Shown: positions 28,804 through 39,472 of the stretch, piece by piece
Numbering within the stretch: the stretch's first letter is position 1
How the letters are laid out: each line of letters opens with the position of its first letter
Assembly (NCBI GenBank): GCA_963734495.1
Contig: CAVTHK010000005.1
Span: 96,001-160,000 of the forward strand
From: an uncultured Spirochaetota bacterium
Lineage (GTDB): Bacteria; Spirochaetota; Spirochaetia; SZUA-6; CAVTHK01
Direction of reading: 5' to 3'
Length of the DNA stretch: 64,000 bases
Notes under the pieces: generated by a model
Told to the model about the DNA's origin: nothing
What the model saw: only the letters and a program-made list of their open reading frames with translations
The model's database searches: none
Translations under genes and position numbers: made by a program

Positions 28804-29622
28804 CTATATGTTGTCGATCAGGTAGCCGCCGTCCACGGGGACGCTCACCCCGGTCACGAAGCTCGCGGCCTTGTCGCTCAGCAGGAACAGCAGCGTGCCG
28901 GCCAGCTCCTCGGCCTGCGCGAAGCGGCCGAAGGGCGTGTGCGCGATGATCGCCTTGCCGCGGTCGGTGAGCTCGCCGGTGGCCTCGTTCTTGATCAGCA
29001 GGTCCTTGTTCTGCTTGCCGATGACAAAGCCAGGCGCGATCGCGTTCACGCGGATCCCGTAGGGGGCGAACTCCTTGGCGGTGGCCTGCGTCAGGTTGAG
29101 CACGCCGGCCTTGGCCGCGCTGTAGGCCCAGATCCCCGACAGCGGCATGTAGCTGTTCATGGACGCCATGTTGACGATCGTGCCCTTGATCTTGCGGTCG
29201 ATCCAGTACTTGGCCACGACCTTGGTCGGCACCATGAGGCCGGCCACGATGTTCAGCTTCATGATGAAATCGAACTGCTTCATGTCGGTCTCGACGAACG
29301 GGCCTTTGCCCCGGTTGCCTCCCGCGGCGTTGATGAGCGCGTTCGGCGTTCCGAGCCCCTTTTCCGTCTCGGCCACCGCGGCGGCCACCGACACCTCGTC
29401 CATCGCGTCGACCTTGACGCACTGGATCGCGGCGCCCTTGCCCGTGAGCTCGGTGAGCCGCTTCTTCGCCGCGTCGAGCGCGTCCGGCGCAATGTCCCAG
29501 AGCGCCACCTTCGCTCCGGCCTTGAGCAGAGCCTCCGAGAACCCGCCGGCGATCGCGCCGCCGCCTCCGGTGATGATCACGATCTTCTTCGAGACGTCGA
29601 ACATCTGCTCCACGAAACTCAT
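28804..29622 (-). CDS. SDR oxidoreductase, probable fructuronate reductase / D-mannonate oxidoreductase
   Basis: TGGGGAIA, INAAGGN, YSAAK, RVNAIAPGF, TPFGRF; directly upstream of uxaE. Confidence 0.8.
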   Translation of the reverse strand: MSFVEQMFDVSKKIVIITGGGGAIAGGFSEALLKAGAKVALWDIAPDALDAAKKRLTELTGKGAAIQCVKVDAMDEVSVAAAVAETEKGLGTPNALINAAGGNRGKGPFVETDMKQFDFIMKLNIVAGLMVPTKVVAKYWIDRKIKGTIVNMASMNSYMPLSGIWAYSAAKAGVLNLTQATAKEFAPYGIRVNAIAPGFVIGKQNKDLLIKNEATGELTDRGKAIIAHTPFGRFAQAEELAGTLLFLLSDKAASFVTGVSVPVDGGYLIDNI

Positions 29623-29767
29623 GTTGCTCCTCCCGAGGGCCGGCGCACGCGCCGCGCAGGCGCGCCTGAGCGCCAACGGTCGCCCATTATATCGGCCGCG
29701 CGATCGAGCGGCCAGTGGTGCGCCGGCGCACCCGTCGGGCCGTCCGTTCCCGGGCCGATCCGTCTCC

Positions 29768-30994
29768 TTACTTGACCCAGACCTTGCGGAAGCGCACGAA
29801 ACGCGGCAGGCCGCCTTCGATCACCGGCTTGACCTCGCCCTGGATGAGGGGCCGCGCGTAGCGGTCGAAGTCGGCCGTGAGCGAGAAGCCGTCCGCGGCG
29901 ATCCACTCTTTCGGCAGCTTCTTCTCCCCGTTGGCCACCTTGGCCAGGTCCACCGTTCCGGTCTCGCAGCGGTAGGGATCGTCCGAGGAGCGCTCGAGGC
30001 TCACCATCTTGCCGCTCACTCCCTTGAGGGCGAGCTGCACCGCGCGCTGGCCCACCAGGTAGGCCTCTTTCGAATCCGTGAGCGAGGCGAAGTGGATGCC
30101 GGTGCGCTGGATGGTCGACGGGATCGCGAAGCGGGCCTTGACCTTGACCTCTCGCTCGACGAGATCCTTGATGAAGAAGGCGGCCCCGCCGAGCTGCGTG
30201 TGGCCGAAAGCGTCCTTCGCGAAGTCGCCCTTCTGCTCGGCGATGTAGCTGCCGTCAGGGTTCTGCGTGCCCTCGGAAACGACGATCACGCAGCGGCCGA
30301 TCTTGCGCAGGTAGTAGTCGACGCGCGCCTTGAACTTCTCCTTGTCGAACGGGGCCTCGGGGAGCAGGATCATGTGGGGCGCGTCCTCCTCGTCCCGGCG
30401 CGCCAGGGCCGTGCCCGCGGCGATCCAGCCGGCGTTGCGCCCCATGGCCTCGATCACGTTCACGGTGTCGGAGGTGTAGAGGGCTTCCGTGTCGCGGCCC
30501 GCCTCCATGGTCATCGTGGCCAGGTACTTGATCACGCTCCCGTACCCGGGGCAGTGGTCGGTGTACGCGAGGTCGTTGTCGATGGTCTTGGGGACGCCGA
30601 CGCAGACGAGCTCGTAGCCCTGGCTGAGGGCGAGCTTGTTGACCTTGTCCGCGGTGTCCTGGGAGTCGTTGCCGCCGGCGTAGAAGAAGTAGCGGATGTT
30701 GTGCTTCTTGAACACCTCCAGGATGCGGCCGAACTCCTCGTCCTTCTTGACCTTGTGGCGGCAGGAGCCGAGCGCGGACGCGGGGCTGGTCATGAGCCCC
30801 TGGATGTCGCGGGCATCCTCCTTGCCCAGGTCGTAGATCTCGTCGTTCAGGACCCCGAGGATGCCGTTGTGCCCGGCGTAGACGCCCGTGATCTCCTTGT
30901 GCTTCAACGCCTCCTGGATCACGCCGCAGGCGCTGGCGTTGATCACCGCCGTCGGCCCGCCGCTCTGCGCCACGATGCAGTTGCCCTTCACCAT
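29768..30994 (-). CDS. pfp: Phosphofructokinase, predicted pyrophosphate-dependent
   Basis: AQSGGPTAVIN, GGNDS (Asp at the donor-specificity position), PKTIDND, EAMGR. Confidence 0.85.
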   Translation of the reverse strand: MVKGNCIVAQSGGPTAVINASACGVIQEALKHKEITGVYAGHNGILGVLNDEIYDLGKEDARDIQGLMTSPASALGSCRHKVKKDEEFGRILEVFKKHNIRYFFYAGGNDSQDTADKVNKLALSQGYELVCVGVPKTIDNDLAYTDHCPGYGSVIKYLATMTMEAGRDTEALYTSDTVNVIEAMGRNAGWIAAGTALARRDEEDAPHMILLPEAPFDKEKFKARVDYYLRKIGRCVIVVSEGTQNPDGSYIAEQKGDFAKDAFGHTQLGGAAFFIKDLVEREVKVKARFAIPSTIQRTGIHFASLTDSKEAYLVGQRAVQLALKGVSGKMVSLERSSDDPYRCETGTVDLAKVANGEKKLPKEWIAADGFSLTADFDRYARPLIQGEVKPVIEGGLPRFVRFRKVWVK

Positions 30995-31071
30995 TGACTC
31001 TCCTCCCTTCTTCTCGCGCATTCAAAGCGGGTGCCGGCCGCCGCGCACGGCGCGGTGGCGGCCGCCGCCCG

Positions 31072-31828
31072 TCACACCGCCTTGAGAACCTCGATCCCCA
31101 GCGCCTCCAGGCTCCGTGCCTCCGCGAAATGGCGGTCGGTGACCAGGACGTCGACGCGTTCGGCCGTGGCGAAAACGCTGAAGGCGGTCACGCCGAACTT
31201 CGTATGGTCGGCCAGCACCACGCAGCGTCGCGAGCACTCGATCGCGGTCCGCTTGAGCTGCGCCTCGATCAGGTTCTGCGACGAGAACCGGCCGTCCCGC
31301 GAGATCCCGGTCGCTCCCAGGAAGCAGGTCCCGATCTGGAAATTACGCAGCGCCTGCACGGCCAGCGGGCCGATGAACGAGCCCGCCTCGGCCCGGAAGC
31401 TCCCGCCGATCGCAACGAGCGCACACGTGCGGCGCATCCGCGAGCGCGAGGATCACGTCGATCGAGTTGGTGACGACGCGCAGGCTCATGCGCCCGATCT
31501 CCCTCGCGAGCGCGGCGCACGTGCTCCCGGCGTCCAGGTAGATCGTGTCGTCCTCGCGCACGAGCTCGCGTGCGCGCGACGCGATCGCCTCCTTGAGGCG
31601 GGTGTTCTCCCTGCGGCGCTCGGGAACCGGGCGCACCCGCTCCGTGTCCTCCGAGAGCACCGCGCCGCCGTGCGTCCGCGAGAGCCTCCCCTGCTCTTCG
31701 AGGAGGCTCAGGTCCTTCCGGATCGTCACCTCGGACACGCCGAGCCGCTCCGTCAGGGTTTGCACGGAGACGCTCTTCAGGCGCTGCAGGATCCGCAGGA
31801 TCTCTGTGTGTCGCTCCTTGAAGGCCAT
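31072..31828 (-). CDS. DeoR/GlpR family transcriptional regulator (frameshift near 31436)
   Basis: VSEVTIRKDL, RTHGGA, YLDAGST, VVTNS; then GGSFR, FLGATG, ADHTKF. Confidence 0.88.
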
Positions 31829-31880
31829 GGCCGTCCGGCGCGGCCCACGCACGCCCGCGCGCCCCTGCGGGCTGCGGGGC

Positions 31881-31932
31881 GTTCGATTCCTTTCTGAAAA
31901 GGAACCCTAACGAAAGCCCTCCGCCCTGTCAA
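31881..31932 (-). promoter_or_regulatory. Promoter TTGACA-N17-TAGGGT overlapped by operator CTTTC-N17-GAAAGGAATCGAAC
   Basis: -35 at 31932-31927; the operator at 31916-31881 recurs at 35484-35519. Confidence 0.7.
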
Positions 31933-31961
31933 CGCCAGGCGCCCTGGTCCCCGGAGGTCCC

Positions 31962-32045
31962 GCGTACTCGCGGAGTGCGTACTCGCCGGAGATGGCGTTG
32001 CCCGGCGCGTGCACGCGCTTTGGCCCGGCGTACTCGCCGGGGATG
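31962..32045 (+). repeat. Cluster of three REP-like GCGTACTCGC(C)GG units
   Basis: Copies begin at 31962, 31977 and 32025/32028; an inverted copy lies at 35414-35436. Confidence 0.65.
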
Positions 32046-32181
32046 CACAAGCGCCGGGCTGACGCTGCCGGCGCGGCTGCGACGCGGAGCGACGCCGCGG
32101 GCCGCTGGAATCCGCGCCTGACTTCGCCTATCATCGTGAGGCAGGGACGGCGCCGCGCGCCGGGCTTCCAAGGAGGCCGCT

Positions 32182-32711
32182 ATGCAGATCAAAGTGGACT
32201 ACGAGAAGGCGGCGGCCCGCCGGTACCCCGAGCAGGTCGTGATCGCGCTGGCCCGCGACACGCGGGCCGTGTCGATCCGGTGGCGATCGGCTGGACGATG
32301 ATCGCCTCGCGGCGGCCGCCGATGATCGCCATCGCCGTGGAAAAAACGCGGTACTTCCTCGAGGCCGCGCGCGCGAGCCGGGGGTTCGTGGTCGCGCTCC
32401 CGTCGACGGCGATGGCGATGGAGACCCGCTTCTTCGGCACGCGAAGCGGCCGCGACACGGACAAGCTCGTCGAGTGCCCGATCCGGACTCAGCCGGCTCA
32501 CGCGGTGGACGGTGTGATCGCGCGCGACGCCCTCGCCAACTTCGAGTGCACGCTCGAGCAGGAGATCGCCTCGGGCGACCACGTGATCCTGCTCGGGACG
32601 GTGGCGGCCGCGCATGTGAACGAGGACGAATCGCTCGTGCGGCTCTTCAATCTCGGCCCCGGCTACCGCCTCGGTTCGGTCGCGCCGCAGCCCGCGGACG
32701 GGACCGGCTGA
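32182..32711 (+). CDS. Flavin reductase family protein (frameshift near 32263)
   Basis: AGGAGG RBS; MQIKVDYEK...YPEQVVIA then AIGWTM, FGTRSGRDTDK, FEC, GDHVILLG. Confidence 0.8.
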
Positions 32712-32722
32712 ATCCGCAGACG

Positions 32723-33820
32723 ATGCCAGGCGACCCGCTCCCGCCGCCCCCGCAGACGACGCACCGTCTTCTCTACGGCTCGCCGATGGCGCTGACGTCT
32801 CTCGCTCCCGCCAGCATCGCGCTGGTGGTCACATCTCCTCCCTACCCCATGATCGAGATGTGGGACAGCGCGTTCTCCGAGGCGGACCCCGTGATCGCGG
32901 CCGCGCTCGCCTCGGGCGACGGCCGCGGCGCCTTCGACCTGATGCACCGGACGCTGGAGCCGACCTGGCGCGAAATGGAGCGCGTCCTCGTGCCGGGCGG
33001 GATCGCGTGCATCAACATCGGCGATGCGGTGCGCAGCGTCGGAGGGGATTTCCAGCTCTTCAACAACCACGCCCGAATCCTCGAGACCTGCCAGCGGCTC
33101 GGCTTTGTCTCCCTGCCCTGCCTGATCTGGCGCAAACCCACCAACGCGCCCAACAAGTTCATGGGGTCCGGGATGCTCCCGGCGGGCTCCTACGTCACCC
33201 TGGAGCACGAGTACATCCTGATCCTGCGAAAAGGCGGTCGCAGGCGATTCGACGACGAGGCGGCAGCCGCGCGCAGGCGCAGCGCCTTCTTCTGGGAGGA
33301 GCGCAATCACTGGTTCAGCGACCAGTGGGACCTCAGGGGCGCGCGGCAGAAGCTGGAGGCCGGCAGCGAGAGGGCCCGCAGCGCCGCCTTCCCTCTGCTG
33401 ATCCCCTACCGACTCGTGCTTATGTTCTCGATATACGGCGACAGCGTGCTCGATCCTTTCTGCGGCACGGGCACCACGGTGCTCGCGGCTCTTGCGGCCG
33501 CCCGGAACTCCATCGGCGTGGAAATCGAGGCCGGGCTGCTGGCCAGCGTCGAGAAAGGCATGTCCGCGATCCGGGCGCGGGCCAACGAGCTGGCTTATTC
33601 CCGCCTGCAGAGGCACCTGGAGCTCGTCGACTCCGGCGAGCAGCGCGGCCGGAAAATGCGCCACTGGAACGCGCCCCACGGTTTCCCCGTGACCACGAGC
33701 CAGGAGCGAGAGATGGAGATCCTGACTGTGAGCTCGGTCGAGCAGGTGGAGCCGGGAGTCTACCGTGCGCAGTACGAGCACGCGGACCTGACGCGGTTCG
33801 CCCAGGGCGAGCTCTTCTAG
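32723..33820 (+). CDS. Site-specific DNA methyltransferase, beta class (N4-C/N6-A)
   Basis: Catalytic TSPPY precedes the SAM-binding DPFCGTGTT; also IWRKPTN, HEYIL, AAFP. Confidence 0.9.
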   Translation: MPGDPLPPPPQTTHRLLYGSPMALTSLAPASIALVVTSPPYPMIEMWDSAFSEADPVIAAALASGDGRGAFDLMHRTLEPTWREMERVLVPGGIACINIGDAVRSVGGDFQLFNNHARILETCQRLGFVSLPCLIWRKPTNAPNKFMGSGMLPAGSYVTLEHEYILILRKGGRRRFDDEAAAARRRSAFFWEERNHWFSDQWDLRGARQKLEAGSERARSAAFPLLIPYRLVLMFSIYGDSVLDPFCGTGTTVLAALAAARNSIGVEIEAGLLASVEKGMSAIRARANELAYSRLQRHLELVDSGEQRGRKMRHWNAPHGFPVTTSQEREMEILTVSSVEQVEPGVYRAQYEHADLTRFAQGELF

Positions 33821-33892
33821 ATCGGGCGCGGTCCGCCGCGCCCTGACCCGCGGAAGCGGCGGGAACGGCGGTCAGCCGCAAGTCCGACAGGC
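33817..33892 (+). repeat. 76-bp dispersed structured repeat, copy 2
   Basis: 73/76 identical to the reverse complement of 15964-16039. Confidence 0.9.
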
Positions 33893-33969
33893 TCCCAGAC
33901 GCGCGGACCGGCGAACCCGCGGGCCGCGGCATGGCGTATCGGGTGCGCGCCGGCACGCTTACAAATAGG

Positions 33970-33997
33970 TTGCATAACCGCCGCGGTCGGGTATACT
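33970..33997 (+). promoter_or_regulatory. Sigma70-type promoter TTGCAT-N16-TATACT
   Basis: Upstream of the CBS gene, which has an AAGGAGG RBS. Confidence 0.55.
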
Positions 33998-34032
33998 TGG
34001 GCCGTAGCGCGAGCCTGCGCAAGGAGGCCGGG

Positions 34033-34476
34033 ATGACCGTTGCCGACATCCTCAAGGAAAAAGGTTCGACCGTCTACTCGATCGACTCCGAGAGCTCGGT
34101 GATGCAGGCGGTCAAGGAGATGAACCGCCTCCGCATCGGAGCCCTGCTGGTCACGCGCGAGGACCGCACGCTCGGCGGAATCGTGACGGAGCGCGACGTG
34201 ATGATCCACCTTCCCGCGGGCATCCGCAACAAGAAGGTTCGCGACATCATGACCCCGCGCGAGAAGCTGATCATCGCAAACGGGAACGACAACCTCGACT
34301 ACGCGATGTCGGCGTTCACGGAGAGACGGGTCCGGCATCTGCCCGTGTTCGACGGCGACCGGCTGGTTGGGCTTGTCTCGATCGGGGACATTGTAAAGGC
34401 GCAGCTCAAGGACGCCGACTTCGAGAACAAGGCGCTGCGCGACTACATCCTGGGCTCGTACCCGATCGTAAGCTGA
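34033..34476 (+). CDS. CBS domain-containing protein
   Basis: MTVADILKEKG, IGALLV, GIVTERD, RHLPV, GLVSIGDIVK. Confidence 0.92.
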   Translation: MTVADILKEKGSTVYSIDSESSVMQAVKEMNRLRIGALLVTREDRTLGGIVTERDVMIHLPAGIRNKKVRDIMTPREKLIIANGNDNLDYAMSAFTERRVRHLPVFDGDRLVGLVSIGDIVKAQLKDADFENKALRDYILGSYPIVS

Positions 34477-34516
34477 TCGGGCCTCCGATCGACCCCGAGG
34501 GCGTCGACCCAGGCGG

Positions 34517-35272
34517 CTATCCGTCCAGCAGCATCGCGAGCATCTCGGGCCTGAGCACGCCCGCGAGGTCGCCCAGCGGGAGATCCGCTTCGTACGTCCC
34601 GTCGGAATAGGGCCCGACCTCGTAGGGAGCGAACAGGAACGTGAGCGCCCGAGGGGTCGCGGTGAATGCGCGAAGCTGCTCGATCGAAAACGCCTTGATC
34701 GCGCCGCTCGTCACAAGCGCGGCTCCTTTTCTGCGGAGCGCATCCAGCAGCAACTGCGACAGTCGGTCGAGAGACCCGGGCTCCGGCAGGAGCAGGTCCT
34801 GCAGCGACGCCTCCCGCCAGACGGACGCGAAACGCACGAAAAGGAAGGTGTGGTACTGCGTGTTGCCGTGCGCGCCGCCGGTAAAGAGATAGTCGGTAAA
34901 GGCCAGGCTCAGGTAGTCCCGGCCCGCGTGGGCAATCCGGTAGTCGACCTTCCGCTGCCACGCCGCGAACGACGCGCCCGCCCTGGCGTCCCCGGAGACA
35001 GGGAGAGCCTCCAGCGTGGTCACCGTCGTTTCGTGCAGAAGCGACAGTAAGAACCCGGCCAGCCACGTGCCCAGCCGGGCGTCCACTCCATCCAGCAGCA
35101 GCGTCGGGAAGCGGCCCGACAGCTTCGCGCCGCCGGCGAGATCGATCTCGATGGACGACGGCGCGATCCTGCCCGGCACGAGCTCTGGAGGTGTTTCCTG
35201 CGGGGCGACTCGCGTCGCGCCCGCGGCGAGCAGCAAGGCTGCGGCCATGCGCCCGGCGGCCCTGTTCGTCAT
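34517..35272 (-). CDS. Exported DUF3298/RsiV-like protein
   Basis: Signal peptide; YLFTGGAHG and FAPYEVGPYSDG motifs. Confidence 0.75.
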   Translation of the reverse strand: MTNRAAGRMAAALLLAAGATRVAPQETPPELVPGRIAPSSIEIDLAGGAKLSGRFPTLLLDGVDARLGTWLAGFLLSLLHETTVTTLEALPVSGDARAGASFAAWQRKVDYRIAHAGRDYLSLAFTDYLFTGGAHGNTQYHTFLFVRFASVWREASLQDLLLPEPGSLDRLSQLLLDALRRKGAALVTSGAIKAFSIEQLRAFTATPRALTFLFAPYEVGPYSDGTYEADLPLGDLAGVLRPEMLAMLLDG

Positions 35273-35413
35273 CGTCGACTCCTATGACCTGGCGTCTCGT
35301 AGACCGCCTCGTCCTCGGAGGCTTGCCAGGTCCCAAGTCCCGAGTCCTCGCGGGGCCCCGCTCCACAGCAGCCCCAATGTAATCCTCGGCAGTCGGTGCC
35401 GGGGGTCGCCCTG

Positions 35414-35436
35414 GCCATCTCCGGCGAGTACGCCGG
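35414..35436 (-). repeat. REP-like unit CCGGCGTACTCGCCGGAGATGGC
   Basis: 20/20 match to 31977-31996; 20/21 match to 32025-32045. Confidence 0.65.
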
Positions 35437-35453
35437 ACCAGAGCGCATGGCCC

Positions 35454-35519
35454 TTGACGGCGCGGGGCGACCCCGCTATCGTTCTTTCACCTCATTACTG
35501 TAATCGAAAGGAATTGAAC
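35454..35519 (+). promoter_or_regulatory. Promoter TTGACG-N17-TATCGT followed by operator CTTTC-N17-GAAAGGAATTGAAC
   Basis: -35 at 35454-35459, -10 at 35477-35482; the operator at 35484-35519 matches the one upstream of deoR. Confidence 0.7.
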
Positions 35520-35521
35520 CC

Positions 35522-36412
35522 ATGTCGGACCCGACGCGCATCCTCAAGGACATGAAGCCGGAGCACGAGTTCTTCGTCGGCATCGACTCCGACGGCTGCA
35601 TCTTCGACACGATGGAGATCAAGCACAAGGAGTGCTTCTGCCCCAACTACGTCTACCACTTCGGTCTGCAGCCGGTCTCCAAGTACGCGCGCGAGGCATG
35701 GGACTTCGTCAACCTGTACTCGAAGAGCCGCGGCTGCAACCGCTTCCACGCGGTCACGAGCGCGCTCGAGCTGCTCGAGCGCCGCGCCGAAGTCAAGGCG
35801 CGCGGAGCGAAGATCCCGCGCCTGCAGGGCGTGCGCGACTGGACCAAGCGCGAGACCAAGCTCGGCAACCCCGCGCTCAAGGCGGAGGTCGAGAGGACGG
35901 GCGACCCGGACCTCAAGATGGCGTACGCGTGGAGCGTCGACGTCAACGCCACGATCGAGAAGATCGTCAAGAACGTCCCTCCCTTCCCGCTGGTCCGGGA
36001 GAGCCTTGAGAAAATGAAGTCGAAGGCCGACATGCTGGTCGTGTCGCAGACCCCGACCGAGGCGCTGGTGCGCGAGTGGGAGGAGCACCATATCGACACG
36101 TACGCGCGCGCGATCGCCGGCCAGGAGCTCGGCACGAAGACCGAGCACATCGCCATGGCCGCGAGCGGCAAGTACCCCGTCGAGAAGATGCTGATGATCG
36201 GCGACGCGCCCGGCGACTTCCAGGCCGCGAGAAAGAACAAAGCGCTCTTCTATCCCATCACCCCGGGGCACGAGGAGGAGAGCTGGAAGCGCTTCTACGA
36301 AGAGGCGATGGACCGCTTTCTCAAGGGCACTTACGCGGGCGCGTACGAGAAGAAGCTGATCGACGAGTTCGACAGATACCTGCCCGAGCATCCCGCCTGG
36401 GAAAAGAAGTAG
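35522..36412 (+). CDS. HAD superfamily protein
   Basis: Motif I DSDGC, motif II VVSQT, motif III K (GTKTEH), motif IV GDAPGD. Confidence 0.85.
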   Translation: MSDPTRILKDMKPEHEFFVGIDSDGCIFDTMEIKHKECFCPNYVYHFGLQPVSKYAREAWDFVNLYSKSRGCNRFHAVTSALELLERRAEVKARGAKIPRLQGVRDWTKRETKLGNPALKAEVERTGDPDLKMAYAWSVDVNATIEKIVKNVPPFPLVRESLEKMKSKADMLVVSQTPTEALVREWEEHHIDTYARAIAGQELGTKTEHIAMAASGKYPVEKMLMIGDAPGDFQAARKNKALFYPITPGHEEESWKRFYEEAMDRFLKGTYAGAYEKKLIDEFDRYLPEHPAWEKK

Positions 36413-36473
36413 CCCGGCGAGCACGCCGGGCCATGGAAGAAGGCCGCGCGCCGGGCGGCAGGGAGGCAGACCG

Positions 36474-37745
36474 ATGATGTATTTCAGCCGCGGCAGCGCC
36501 ACGGATTCGCTGGACCGGAACGCCCTGCGCGAAGGCCTCTACGCCGCGCTCGACAAGCTCGGCCCGCGGAAAAAAGTGCTCGCGATCCCCCCCGATTTCA
36601 CGCGCTTCCACTCGCAGGCCGGCGTGCTGACGGAGCTCTCGTGGGAGCGCTTCGGCGAGCGCCTCACGGACGTGCTGCCGGCCATCGGGACGCACTTTCC
36701 GGTGAGCGACCACGAGATCGCCACGATGTTCGGGCGGACGCCGAAAAGCCTCTTCCGGGTGCACGACTGGAAGAACGGCCTGGAGACCCTCGGCCGCGTG
36801 CCCGCCGATTTCGTACGGAAAGTGAGCGAAGGCAAGCTCGACTGGGACTGGCCGGCGCAGGTCGACCGGCTGCTCGTCAAGGGCGGCTTCGACCTGATCC
36901 TGTCGATCGGCCAGGTCGTGCCCCACGAAGTCATCGGCATGGCCAACTTCAACAAGAACATCTTTGTAGGCACCGGCGGCTCGGAGGGCATCAACAAGAG
37001 CCACTTTCTCGGCGCCGTCTACGGCATGGAGCGCATGATGGGGCGGGCCGACACGCCGGTGCGGCGGGTCCTCAACTACGCGTCCGAGCATTTCGCGCGC
37101 AGCCTTCCCATTGTCTATGTCCAGACGGTCGTCTCGCGCGGAGCCGATGGGAAGCTCGCGGTCCGCGGCCTGTACATCGGCGACGACGTGGAATGCTTTC
37201 ACCGCGCCGCGGAGCTGTCGCTCGAGGTCAACTTCGAGATGCTCGAGCGGCCGCTGAGGAAAGTCGTCGTGTTCCTCGATCCCGAGGAGTTCAAGAGCAC
37301 CTGGCTCGGCAACAAGAGCGTCTACCGGACCCGCATGGCGATCGCCGACGGCGGCGAGCTCATCGTGCTCGCGCCCGGCGTGCGCGAGTTCGGCGAGGAC
37401 AAGGGCATCGACAGGCTGATCCGCAAGTACGGATACGTCGGCACGCCCAAGGTGCTGGAAGCGGTCGCGCGAGAGAAGGAGCTGCAGGAAAGCCTCGGCG
37501 CGGCGGCGCACCTGATCCACGGCTCTTCCGAGGGCCGCTTCGTCATCACGTACTGCCCGGGCAAGCTCAGCAGGCAGGAGATCGAGAGCGTCAATTTCGG
37601 GTACGGCGATCTCGCCGCGATGACGAAGAAGTACGATCCGGCGAAGCTCAGGGACGGCATGAACACGGTGGGCGGCGAGGAAGTCTTCTACATCTCCAAC
37701 CCTGCGCTGGGGCTGTGGGCATACAGGGAGCGCTTTGCGTCGTAG
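36474..37745 (+). CDS. LarA-family nickel-pincer enzyme, probable D-mannonate/D-gluconate 2-epimerase (GntE-like)
   Basis: PDFTR, AIGTH, VHDW, VPHE, NKNIFVG, KSHF, GNKS match LarA active-site motifs; context is gnd, uxaE and larBCE. Confidence 0.8.
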   Translation: MMYFSRGSATDSLDRNALREGLYAALDKLGPRKKVLAIPPDFTRFHSQAGVLTELSWERFGERLTDVLPAIGTHFPVSDHEIATMFGRTPKSLFRVHDWKNGLETLGRVPADFVRKVSEGKLDWDWPAQVDRLLVKGGFDLILSIGQVVPHEVIGMANFNKNIFVGTGGSEGINKSHFLGAVYGMERMMGRADTPVRRVLNYASEHFARSLPIVYVQTVVSRGADGKLAVRGLYIGDDVECFHRAAELSLEVNFEMLERPLRKVVVFLDPEEFKSTWLGNKSVYRTRMAIADGGELIVLAPGVREFGEDKGIDRLIRKYGYVGTPKVLEAVAREKELQESLGAAAHLIHGSSEGRFVITYCPGKLSRQEIESVNFGYGDLAAMTKKYDPAKLRDGMNTVGGEEVFYISNPALGLWAYRERFAS

Positions 37746-37837
37746 GGGCGGCCCCACGCGGCGCGGAAATAAAGAGGGCCCGCCGGGCACGGCGGGCTTG
37801 GGACGCGGCGCAGACGCCGCATCATAGGAGAAAACAG

Positions 37838-39294
<1,457 letters not shown>

Positions 39295-39298
<4 letters not shown>

Positions 39299-39350
39299 GC
39301 ACATGGATGTGCCTACCCGTGGGCGACACGGATGTCAAAGCCCACGGGTA
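39295..39350 (+). ncRNA. Structured 3'-UTR element with two ACANGGANGT (CsrA/RsmA-type) hairpins, copy 2
   Basis: GTAGGCAC-ATGGAT-GTGCCTAC, then outer stem CCGTGGGC/GCCCACGG enclosing GAC-ACGGAT-GTC. Confidence 0.55.
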
Positions 39351-39372
39351 CCCCCGCATTATGATGCCTCCG

Positions 39373-39401
39373 AGCCCCGGCCCGCGCCGGGGCTTTTCTT
39401 T
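39373..39401 (+). terminator. Intrinsic terminator of the HAD-larA-gnd operon
   Basis: AGCCCCGGC-CCGC-GCCGGGGCT followed by TTTCTTT. Confidence 0.8.
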
Positions 39402-39472
39402 GCCTTGCGGGGGCAGCGGCGCCCGCATTGCATTCGCGTTCGAGCAGGCGTATGTTCAACGGCGGAGTCGAC

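Noticed and set aside
31962-32045. Possible mini-CRISPR array
   Set aside because: Units are only about 13-21 bp with irregular spacing, and there are no cas genes
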